In this document: positions 22,721 to 34,551 of the stretch, piece after piece
Layout of the letters: every line of letters begins with the position of its first letter
How positions within the stretch are numbered: the stretch's first letter is position 1
Assembly: GCA_047495785.1 (NCBI GenBank)
Contig: JBLDXI010000010.1
Span: forward strand, 2,232,001 to 2,296,000
DNA length: 64,000 bases
Reading direction: 5' to 3'
Origin: Lepidodermella squamata
Taxonomy: Eukaryota; Animalia; Gastrotricha
Position numbers and translations under genes: made by a program
The notes under the pieces: generated by a model
The model's input: only the letters and a program-made list of their open reading frames with translations
What the model was told of the DNA's origin: nothing
The model's database searches: none

Positions 22721-25583
22721 TTTGAATTTAAAGGTAGAAAAATCGGAGCTTAAATCGGTATCAGCCTCATCCTTTGTATTATCTCCTCACCCTGTTAAAA
22801 TCATAATGAGGTTTTTCAAATGAAAATGAAGGCGGCAACAAGTTAGGAAATGCCCAGGAGGCGCGGCTTATTTTAAATGACCTGATGCTAGGTAAATTGA
22901 AATAAAGTGGGTTATTCAAATGGGCAATTTTGTCCGCACCTTAAAATATCTTTGAATTGATTTGGAAATTCCACTGGCATAACGTTCTTATCTATAACTA
23001 TCGAATTTTCCCCGTAATTCTGGTACCCAATCCTTGGTTTTGTTTAAACCAAAAATGTGTTTTTGGCTTGGTATTATAAAACTAGAATATATTTTAGCGG
23101 GACCAAATTTTGCCATTGCAGAACCTAATTTTAGCTAAGCAAAAGGTCGAAAATTTCAACGAAATTGGGGCAACGTATGAATTCTAGAGTGGGGAATGCG
23201 TCTTATACAGAATTGTACCCTGCATTTTACGATAATTTATTTAAAATTATGCTGATCAATCATTCTTGAAAGTTTCGAAAAAAGGTTGTAGGCCCATTAA
23301 AAATTCCAAAACTTGGTTCCACTAAAGTAAGATCCTTATAAAAATTCTTCGATAATACGACCCGGTAGCTTGGCCCTAAAGCGAAAATTTGAAAGGACAA
23401 AGGACGGTGTTGCGACAAATTTGCCTTTATATTGGCCGCGGTAAATTCTAACGACGCAATTTTGCGTGAAATTTCAATCGATGGGCGTGCGAAAAAAAAA
23501 CGTTAAATTATACGTGCCCAACCTGAGATGAACCGAGATTGCGCAAATTAAACTCGTTTCTCACCGTTGGAGCTGCTTCAGACTCAACCTAAAAGATAGC
23601 AGTTTTGATAAAAGATACTTTAAAACAGCGTCTCTTTTTACATTGCTTTGAAGCGCGCATACAACCGTCCTCGTCGCCATAAGGACAGCCGTTACCAAAG
23701 CGATAAAAATACCGGGAAGCTTCATTTAGAAATCTAGATATTAAAACTTCGCAAAGAAAGTAATAGTAAAAACAAAAAAGTCTTGAAGATTATTTCAGTT
23801 GAATTCTGAAACAGGGGCATCATCGAGGGAAATTTGAAATTTATTTCCAGGTGTTCCGTAAGCACGCGAGTTGCTTACGGTTTCCTGGCGCGTGTCATTT
23901 TTGCCAAAAAAAATAAGGATATTTGGCGGTAGCAGATGTCCAGGTCAATGTTTCACTCGGAATAACCTCGAAAAATATTAGCCATGCCCATAACGTAAGC
24001 GTGGTTAATTTATTGGGCAAAACGACTTCTACGCGTAATTGTTTTCTATAAGTGAGGTTGAAAAAATTGCAATTAAAATCTCGAGGTGCCTTAAAAGACG
24101 CGCTTTCCAACGGTACCAAATAAAAAGTATTCTGAAAGTTTCCTGTTTTTATAAAAAAAATAAAAAGGTTGGCGTCAAAGCATCGACTTGTAAAAAAAAA
24201 TGGGACATTTGGCGCTGGGATTTTCTTACAGGTGAGCTCAAAGATTAAGCCGACGTGTGGCATTTTTGGACATAACGAATGCATTAAGCTAAAATTTGCG
24301 GGAAAAAAATTTGAATCGAGTTTGGATGACGCCATCAGTTTCTTGGCACCATGTGCGCATATTTTTTCGGAATTTCAATAACATTTCTGCACACATCCCG
24401 ACAATTCTGAATATGCAAATGAGGTGTCCAAATTCATCATAACCTTGCACCATTTTTATAAAATCAAGGTAACATGGGGAAAAAATTATGACATTTTGCA
24501 GAGACATGCGAATACGGACCCCCCTCATTCTCTGAAATTGCCACATTTGTTTAATTTTTTTTCCTGATTTTTCTAGATCTGAAAACTATGTTTTTGTCCG
24601 AAATAACAGCGTTTACGGTAGGTTCGATTTTTCTAGCTTTCACTCAGCATCAACGGCATTGTGATATATATTTATTTTCCAACATTCCAACTGTATCCAA
24701 AATTTTTGAAAAAATAAAGTAATATTAATAATGATGGTTATATGAATATTTTCAATATAATAGGTACATTATTGTTCAAAGGTACCACTAAGCGAGCCGT
24801 ATATGCCGTTTAATTTTTACAGTCATTCGTTTTCATTTTTAAGGTGTCAATTTTAATTGACCGCCGGGCGTTTTCCGGAATTTCTTCGAACATTCTATTG
24901 CCAAAGCGTACGCTTTTGAGGGAGAGATGACCACAGAATAAATTGGAATGCATAAATTAGCAAAATTGAACATTGACCGATCAAGTACCGTATGTGTACC
25001 GAATCAGTTGATGATCGGCCTAATATAAGCGTCATCATTTTTTCTAGCAGTTTTTCCAGTGATACTTTTTATACATTTTATAATAATTTATTTGTTCAAT
25101 TAGTTATAAAAATTTCGAAATAATGTTTGCAAAGGCATTTTTGGGCGAATTAAATATTAAGCTAAATATATATCATCCGCTTGAAAAATATAGCGTTGGT
25201 AGCTGTGCTCATGCGATATTTATTGATATAGCACTCGTAATTCATTTATATCTGGATTCTCCGCGCTCGATTTGGTCATCTCCACTCAGCTGCGCTACGT
25301 TCCAATTGCGCAAATCTCGTGCAACGAACTCAGATATGAATAAAATCGTATAGAATATCCGACAAATATTAAAATAATTTGAACATATTTTATTTCTAGA
25401 AATAATTTCTAGTTGATTGAGACTTGGTATGTAGTTGTTGTGCCACGTGTCGCATGAATCGCGTGCGTCATTTTCTTGGCAAAAGCGAACTCTAGCTTTT
25501 AAGAGCTACAAAGCCTAAAACCAAGCGGTTCTGCATTTTTCTTAGTCAAATAGATCTCACCAGCATTGAAGAACTGCTGATCT

Positions 25584-28500
25584 ATGCCGCCTGTGAAAAA
25601 TAGTAACGGTTCGAATACCACAGCTGCCGATGGCGTCCTTTACCTGGAACAGTTGACGGTCGATGAGCTGAGAACTCGACTTCGAACCCAAAAGCTGTCA
25701 ACTTCCGGACTCAAGGTGACTAAATAAAAAGCAATTTTGTAGCTTCTCCGAATTTCCTCCAAGAAAAATATTTTACAGATTTATTTTGATTTTTTTCGCA
25801 GCTATAGCTGAATCTTATAGGCTCTTGAAATTCGAAAAATTCAATTTTCCTTAAAAATCAAATAAATTTTCGGACTTATAATTAGGAATTACTTGTAATT
25901 TATTGAATATTGAACATTATTCGTTCATCAACATTTTCAATTTTTCCAGCTTCAGCTAATAAAACGCCTAAAATTAGCCAGACTCAGTGACTTCGACCTT
26001 CAAAAGTTGTGCCGAGATCGCGGCTTGCCCCTCGCCAGCGACGAACAAGTAGTAATTCCCGAATCTCAGGAACAATCAAAACCAGTCAAGCGGAACGCCG
26101 GTGTCAAGAAACGATCGCCGCTATCAACGCGCCGCGATATGATCAGTGCCCTCGAAAAACTGCCAGGCATCATCGAACTAGCGGCTAGATTCGGCCCGGC
26201 AGTCGAGAATCGCCCCGAGATTTGCGACGATTCAATAGTGCCGCTCGGTGACCAGAATGAACAGGATGCAAGTTTCGATGACGTGGTACCTGCGGTCGAA
26301 CGAGTCATGCCAGCGAGCAAGGTGGCCACAAAGAAAGGCATGGATGGCTGGATTCCTGGCTACAGACCCACCGAACTGCTGAGCTATGCGACTGGAGATA
26401 TCGATCAGGATTTAGGTTAGTCATTTATGAATGAAGCATTGATTCTAAAACTGGAAAACTGGCGAAGTCGGAAAACACTTTCAAAATTTGAAAAATTTGA
26501 AGAATTTTTTACGTGGCAGAAGTTGGCGGCCCAATTTTTTAAAACATTAACGGCCACCTTTTATTGTCGGAATGGTGTATCTGCCAAGTGATATTCTCAA
26601 TGTATACATCTGGCAACGCATTTTAAGATACTTATTTCCCTGACTCAACTCTTCTAGAGGTGGGCCGTTGAGGGGTGGGCCGCCAACTTCCATTTTAACG
26701 GGATTTTTGGAAGTTGGCGGCCCACTTGTCAGCGGCCCACCCTGCCAATACGCCACTCGATTGCCCTAGTCCAGTACATCTCAAATATATATTATTCAGT
26801 CATGTGCTGTATCATCAGCATAACACCATGTAGGAGCAAATAACCGAATTTAAATTTCATCCTGAATATTGCTAGCTAGGCCGATTTATTTAAACAGCGG
26901 CCATAGTTTTCAGCAAATGCTAGAAATGACGGAACAATAATGTTCAATGCTGTCGAGAAGACCGATCGTAACTAGTTTCTCAGCAGCCGGTGCGAAAGGG
27001 CGGTCGTCACGAACGACAACTTCGCAGTTGTGCTTGATCACCCGCACTTCACGTTTGTAAAGCATGGCATAGGCTGCAAGCGAGTCGTTTTCGGCATATG
27101 TTGTTGACTGCTTGAGAGTGGCCACTAATGAAAATTTAAAGAAAGGTCAATTCAATAACCACGAGCTATGATCGATTCAAACCTCGTTTTGCGAATGACT
27201 GCGCCTTTGTCCTGCTTTCGCCAACCCGGACAAAGTCCTGAAAATGGTCCCGGTTTTCCGACATGAACAGGTTTGTCTCCGCTCGCAGCCTCGCAGCGGT
27301 TTCAGCACATTCGAATCCTTTTTCTTGGTGTGCCAGGGCGTGGAACAGGCAGCTCCCGTCTCCCACAACATCACGCAAAAGGAGGCCTAATGATGCGAGC
27401 TTCGCTATAAGGATGTTGAGCTCCTCTCCGTAGGGGAGAGTCTTGAGTTTCGCAGATTTCGGAGTTGTCGAAGGCGAAGGTGAAGACGAAGGCGAGACCC
27501 GTAAAGCCCTTTTCGAAGGCTTGCGACCTATGGGGCTGTCTTCTCGAGGCGGTGAATGATAGGAAGACGAACTACTAGCCGTCGACTCGACACTGAGGTG
27601 ACGTTTTTGTGTCACATTTTTGTCTTTTCTTGGTCGACCGGGCTTCCTCTTCACTATTGGCAGCGTAGTTGCATTGATTGCCTTTGGCGGTCGCCCGCGA
27701 CCTCTTTTCGCTGCAAAGATAGGCAGTTGCACTTCATCTGGAATTTCGGAAACGATGTGCTGTTCAGAAATTGATTCGACAGCGCTGAGGTCGATTGGTT
27801 GGAATTCAACGGCTGGAACGGAATTTGATGAGTCCGAAGCTAACAGATCACGGGGTTGCATGTTTTCATGGCGCACCCCGAATACATGTTTATCACGGAA
27901 GCGTCTGAGCGTGGCCAATGACGCTTTGTTTAAACGCGGCACGTGCATCGGTCGCAAGCCGTTCCTTTTTCTGCAACCCCATTGGGCTTCTTCTTTGCCA
28001 GGAGCAACCGATCTCCTCTTGGCTGTCTTGATGAGGATGGCCTTTTTGAGAAGTCGTTTAGCCAACGATTTGGACAGCTGCGCCACTCGATCCAAAGCCT
28101 CCTTAACAAGGCCATACGAAGCTTCTTGCGTGTCGCGAAGAGTAAGCGCAGGTGTTCGTCGACCTAATTTCTTCCCAACCAGACAGTGTTTGTAGGTCCT
28201 AATGTGCGACTCGACAGGAGCTTGGCTCAATCGACCAGTAGAACATGTCGGAAGATGTGACTTGATATACAACGCTGACCACATACACATGAAAGGTAAG
28301 AACTGAGCCTTGTCCGTTAAGGTTTCGACAACCTTCTTGCATTTCAGGTCGTTTTTCTTGCCGTCGCCTGTTTTCAATAGTTTCGACTCGACTGAGGCTT
28401 GTTCGGCCGTGAAAACAGCAGTCAAAGGAGAAATCTTCGAATATTTTTGAGGCATTGGCAGTGGCTGATATCTTGGAACATCGTCCTCATTCTTGACTTC

Positions 28501-31500
28501 GTGATCAGATTCGTCGCTCGCCTCGTGTTCGCCTCGGTTCGCCTCGTTCCTTTCGTTTACTTCGTCTATGTCGTCGATATGGTCGAAACTTTCGATTTCC
28601 ATGCCAACCCATGTGGTTTCGATGAAATTTCGGCCCTCCGAAGCATCAACCTCGAATTCTGCGCAGAAAATGGCGACGATCGCACGCCAAATGCGAAAAA
28701 TCTCGCGTTTCGAGCAAGACGCTTGAAGTACACCAAAGCATTTCAGCGCCAGTTTACGAGCTTCTTTCTTCACGCCTTTCTCCTTCAGGTACCTTGAAAG
28801 ATCATGCATCAAGTGATTTATGCAAAAGATGACGAGAGTTCCGGAAGTTGGCAGGGTTTTGTCGTCTTTGTGAGCGTCAATAAACAAGCGGCTCAGGTTG
28901 ATCACGTAGCTTCGCAGATTTTTCTCGCAAAATGTAATCACCACGGCATGAAGCTCTGCGAAACAGCAATCGATTACCACCACTCTCGGCATTTTCGCCG
29001 TCCTGTGAGCTCGTTCTACCGCCGATTTCCAGGTCTTTAAAAAACAGGGAAACGTAATTTTTTTATTAGCTGTCAGATTCAAAATCAATGGGAGTTCGAA
29101 AATTTTCCATAGCTTAAAAAATGGGTCCAAAGATCACTCGCAAAAATCCGTCAAATTTAGGCTTGCTTTGGAGAATTTTCAGAAAATCAAGGTAAGCTCG
29201 TAAATTAATAAAAGAAATACAGGTAACCCAGGGATACAAATATGAAGCCCCAATATTTTACCTGGAATTTTGCGAGGTCAGCTTGATTTTACAAAAAAGT
29301 TAGAGTGAGTGCCTGAATTTTTTGCCTTAAACTTGAATACAAGAGCCAAACAATGGGTTAATGTTTACCTTCAAAAAGAAAGCGATTCTGTCGCCAGTCT
29401 GCTCAGCAGAAATCAGCTCACCCACCGGGTAACCCACAGACTTGCCATCAACCGTTGTAGGCAGAAATGCGTATAAAAAAACGCGCTTGCCCGTTTCATA
29501 GTCAAGTTTCCATATACCACCTGTCGCATCCAACACACAAATGATGTAGCCATGCTTGACTGCTTCAAAGAATAATTCAATTGACAAGTCGAAGTAAAGA
29601 ACTAGACCCATCGGATAATCCTAATAGAATCAATATTAAAAGCTGCTTATTCACAAGTTAATAGTTACTCACAATTGACTGTCGAATGTAAGGTCTTCCT
29701 TTGGCATTTTGTTCATCCCGCAGTTTAATGAGATCAAAGCGGGGATCAGCATCGGCTCGACCAGCTATAAAACAGTTCATGAATTCGTTTCATTTTATTC
29801 ATAAAAATTAATTCTCATACCCAAGTTTATCTTTTCCGACTGAATTTTCTGTAGTACGGACAGGTCTGGTACCTCTTTCGTGGGCATTTGAGCAAGCATC
29901 TCGCCATGTAGCTTCTTCGCTGTAGTCTTTTTCAATTCTTCGGACAATTTCTCGCGTTTGTTGCCGGAAATTTTCTCCACCCGTGGCTCTCCTTCATGAT
30001 TGAAAACGCCTTATACGTTCAATGATTATTTAGTTGGAAAATAAATAAGAGAAATAACAATACCAGAAACAACTTTCAGCTCGAATTTGAAGAAACCAGT
30101 TCCGGTATCGTCCAAATCGCAGCTGAATTCGAAACTTCGACACTTGGGGTATTGGCATTCCCCCTTGCCAGTCGCCATTCGAGTGCCCTCGGTGATGCTA
30201 TGACCATCGAAACTGATTGGGCATGTTGTTGCTGGCTTGGAAGCATCGCGTAGTAACTGCGCCCAGCCTTCCGGAAATTTCCATTTAAGTCGAGGCTTGC
30301 CACTTCTCAAAGTTCCACTCCTCTTCTGGACTGGGTTTAATGCGCTTGAGAAAGGCACATTCACGCAGAAATGCTCATACTCCACCTGGTTTGTTTTCTC
30401 CAGCACTTCGAGATGCGAGCCTCCGCAGCCTTTTTTCCGCACTTCATCCCTGTATCTTTCATACGCGCACTTCCTTTGATCCCAATCATTCGGCTTTTGC
30501 TGTTTAGTGCAAACATAAGCCCACACTGAGTTGTCATCTCGCCCTAATTAATAAATAAGTGAAACAAAGGAATGGGGAATTATTTAAGTGACTTACAAGA
30601 TAAATTCAGCTCCTTCCAGTTGCTCAGTTCAGAAAGTATTTCTTCCGCAGATTTCATATTTTCGCATTATCGAGTTTAGAAACGAGATGATGAACTCAGT
30701 TCAGTTTCAACTTTTTTTACTTGTGAGCAGCGCGCGCGATGCTAAATTCGCGCGCAAACCATCACATTGGTGCCACCTTTCTTTGCTCAGATGGCCATTT
30801 TTCATTTTGACGGAACTAATTTTCGATTTTTCAGAAAAAATTGTTGAAAGGCCTCAAGCACCATTGTGTCTACATATATAATTTCAGATAATGTACTCGA
30901 CTATTGATGTACTCGTAAGTAGCCACTTAGACACGCCAGATACCCATTTAAAAAATTTAGGTTTCAGAAATCCTTCTTCTAGCTCACCTTTGGAGGCAGT
31001 AAATAAAGAGCAACTTGAGCGTACTGTTCGCGCATAAAATAACGAAAAATGTCATTTTTTATTACCGTTATATTCTTATTATATTCAACAAAGTTGGCTG
31101 CTTTATATATTTTCACGATGTACTCGACTAGGGCAATCGAGTGGCGTATTGGCAGGATGGGCCGCTGACAAGTGGGCCGCCAACTTCCAAAAATCCCGTT
31201 AAAATGGAAGTTGGCGGCCCACCCCCCAGCGGCCCACCTCTGGAAGAGTTGAGTCATGGAAACAAGTATCTTAAAATGCGCTGCCAGATGAATGGATTAA
31301 GAAAATCACTTGGCAGGAATGCCATTTCGACCATAAAGGGTGGCCGTTAATATTTTAAAAAATTGGGCCGCTAACTTCTGCCACGTGAATTTTTTAATTA
31401 GAATTTTTAATTAGAAATTAGTAAATTTTAATTTTTAATTTTTCAATTTTTGAAATTCAAAAAAATTCGAAAATGAGAAAGCTATTAATGTATATTTTAA

Positions 31501-33559
31501 TTCAGTTAAATTTCATGAAATCGGAAATATGTAATTTGAAATTCCTTCGATGACAAATATTTCAAAATTAAAATTATATTCCTAATAAATAGGCATATTT
31601 TAACTTTTCGATTTCTTGAATAAGTTTGATTGTTTTTTATGGCTTTTTCAGTCAGTGAAGCTACAAGCGGCTCAACAGCCGGGCGCATCGGAGCGTGGCT
31701 GAGTTCACGATCCGTGACGCGCTGCCTCTGCTGCAAATTACTACTCAGCGACGGCGGTGTGGCGCGGCATCTCGGCGTCGACCACGCTCTTGACCCTGAC
31801 CCCAACGACGGCTGCACGCAAGGCGCCATTCTGTTCAAGGCCACGGGTGCTGAGGGTGTCATGTCGCTGTACGTTTGGGCGCGGGAGAGTTCGACATTTG
31901 CCGAAATGGCGTCGCATGTTGCGGCGAAGTGGTTCGCACCGTGTCGCGCGTGTGACCACGTCGCGACAATCTACGTTGACAATGACAGTCGCCAAGGGCA
32001 GGCTGGCAATCGACCCATCGCAGTGTTCTACGCCCAGCCACACGAAAAAGTGAGTTGAGGTGGTTGGAAATAATTGACAGGAAATATTGGCAAAAATCGA
32101 GTATGTCCGGAACGAGTACAACTGAAATTTCGATTTTTTTTCAAATGGAGTGAAATTTCTGAAATTTGTCCAGTATGAGGTCATATTTTTCGAAATTCAA
32201 ATTTATGACATTGAATTTGGCTGGTAAACGTAATAGTGTCCGGAACTAGGTCAAATTTTTAGTTTCCAATAGTGTCCTAAACGAGGTGAGATTGACTTTG
32301 ACATTTTTGTTCAGGTTTGCATTGGGCCTGCTTTCTCGATGCGAGAGCCGTTGTACACTCACCTGGGCGAGCTATTCGAACGTCGCAAACTTCGCCTCGT
32401 TTTCGGCGAAGACAACGACGTGACTCGCATCGAATTGCAGATGTGCCGCTTAATCAGGCCACCCCGAGACAATTGCACCGGTGGGATCCTGGCTGAGTCG
32501 CTACTCCCCGAAATCCCGTGCTCAAACTGCGGCCGATCAGCTACAATGACCGTCGCGAATCGCAAGGGCGGCCTCGGCCAAGCCGACCGCAACGAGTTCT
32601 TCTGCGGCAAACGTTGCGCGGCTGCCTCGGGCTATCGCGCCCGTCTCGTCCGCCTCACCAATTCGCCTCGCTGCTCGTCGTGCAAATGCGCCCAGTTCAT
32701 CTACCCATCACCTGCTGGAGTCACCCATTGGCAGGCTGCGTTGGATGAAGAGGCGCGGCAAGATTCAGTCGAGCGTGACGAGGTTGAAGATATCGCCCGA
32801 TTGGAAGATCTCGCCGAGGAAGATATCGATGAGATTTGCATGGTTCCGGAGGGTTATGAAGATCAGGATGTTTCGTGGTACCGATTCACTGATTCGGATG
32901 AAGTCGGGCGTGACGAGGGATCTGCCGTGGTTCCAGATAATGCAGCAGGTAAAGATTTTTGAAAAATTTACCTTAGAAAATGGGTTCCCTTAATTGCCGG
33001 AATGAAAATACCGAAGGAATTCGTAAAAATACCGAGATTTACCAATCCTGTTGCCGTCGGGTTTTTTCGGGTATATTTTGATATTTCTGTGGAGAAGGGA
33101 TGCGGAATCATATATCTAGTCATTCCAGAGAAACTTCCGTAAGATATTGAATGGGAGACAACCTTCACTCCCCTGAATTTTCTCTTTGCAGGATCTGATG
33201 AAGCTGCTGAAGAAGAGCCAAGCAGCGACGATACGTTGACGAGCAGTGATACGGGAGCCAACTCGACGATAACCGAGCATTCTTTTGACAAATCGCCTGA
33301 GAAATCGCCGGTCCACGCAACGCCGCTGGACGCAGCCATTCCGCACCCCGAAGCTCCGCCCACTGTCATTCGCCGACCTTTCCGGTTGTCACAGGTCCCC
33401 GAAAACGCGCCGGATGCTACGCCGACAGGGCTCATGTCGAAGAAGCCTATGCGCATTGACGCTATGATGCCGAGCGTGAAAGCTGTGGTGGTAGAGCCTA
33501 CGTCGAACAAACCTGCGGCTGTTGCGAAGAAAGCGAATCGAAAAAGCTTATTCTCGTGA
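25584..33559 (+). CDS. SAP-domain protein fused to a Cys/His domain resembling prokaryotic pRiA4b ORF-3/MM3350-like proteins; exons 25584-25715, 25950-26415, 31652-32049, 32315-32948, 33192-33559
   Basis: All four GT-AG introns match in phase (0,1,0,1). SAP motif LEQLTVDELRTRLRTQKLSTSGLK|LQLIKRL; RCLCCK..GVARHL; EIPCSNCGRSAT; FCGKRCA; LTNSPRCSSC; acidic tail; AATAAA at about 33638. Confidence 0.75.
26511..31386 (-). mobile_element. Full-length Mutator-superfamily (Foldback/NOF-like) DNA transposon, 4876 bp
   Basis: Imperfect TIRs of about 280 bp (26511-~26791 and ~31104-31386, starting ACGTGGCAGAAGTT); perfect 9-bp TSD GAATTTTTT at 26502-26510 and 31387-31395; transposase gene inside. Confidence 0.93.
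26910..30657 (-). CDS. Spliced MULE/NOF-type DDE transposase with two AT-hooks and a C-terminal OTU deubiquitinase domain (7 exons, about 1040 aa)
   Basis: VLDATG (D1), VVIDCC (D2), FCINHL (CxxH), PVESH (E); AT-hooks KRGRGRPPK and RKPGRPRK; OTU GDGSCLFHALA ... EHYCSV. Exons splice in phase from ATG 30657 to stop 26910. Confidence 0.85.
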
Positions 33560-34551
33560 TCTCGACAATAAGAACTACGGACCAATCGCATATTTCTGAC
33601 AAACTATTGCTTATCTTAAGAATTCTTTGTTTCTTTCAATAAACTGATATTTCCTGTTAATCCAAAGTGCGTTTTGAGAGGTGTTCGGCTCCTTTGCATT
33701 TGCTGAAATGCACGTCGGATGTTATCGCGAAGTGAGCACTTGGGTACGCAGATCGCTGACATCCCCGCATATATCTGAATACTCTTATATACTCTGAATA
33801 GAATCCCCCGACGTCTGCTACGATGAACCGGGAAACAGGGTCACCCAAGTAACTGTGATGAGCAAAACATGTTGACAGGATCTTTAGAAATGCTTCCATT
33901 TGCTAACAGATTGTCGGGCTGAGCAGGAGAATTAAGGATTATAACTACTTAGACACAAATGCGCGGGCAGTCATCGAAAATTCGAACGTGCTGAGTGTGG
34001 GAAAAAGCTTTGGTGAAAGAGAGGTATGGTGTAGGCGAAATTGTGTCTATGAAGCTTCACCGTTATTATTAACTTGGACTTCCTAGAACATGACGGAAAT
34101 ATTGGCGAGTTAATTAGCGGAAAAACTCAAAACTATAGACTTGACATGCTAGAAGACAAATCATCGCTTTGATATACGGCCTTTTAGAATGAAGCGCTTA
34201 ATCATAATAGCAATGCGGCAATTGGTGCGATGATCAGATACAGCGAATAGGAATCAAGGCACCGTTTTACTTTAATAAACGCTAAATTTTACAAGTTAGT
34301 GCTGAAAGGTGTCCAGTATTGAAGGTGGAAGATTTCGATTATACGGGCGGTGCCCGAGTACGCGAATATGAGTAAATCGTGTTTACAATGATTTGAAAGA
34401 TAATATTAACGTCGGTTGCTTCAAGTTCGTTCACATGATAAATTTGTTGCGGCCTGAATCGATCTGGTTAATAAAAAAATCGGAAGGCTATAAGAAGGCA
34501 GCGACAAATTTCAAGGTTACCAAAAACATTTTTAGCTATCCGCTCAAGATT

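Noticed and set aside
23400-25500. ORFs at 23895-24546 and 25123-25353, and a 9-bp hairpin at 23856-23880
   Set aside because: AT-rich, overlapping on both strands, no motifs or matching termini; probably degraded repeat DNA.
26547-26756. Twin 69-aa ORFs MAYWQ..GGR (also 31141-31350) that look like a duplicated small gene
   Set aside because: They are the two TIRs of the transposon; they start with GTG and differ at many amino acids, so there is no sign of coding constraint.
27556-29040. Several + strand ORFs inside the transposon
   Set aside because: Antisense shadows of the transposase exon with no recognisable motifs.
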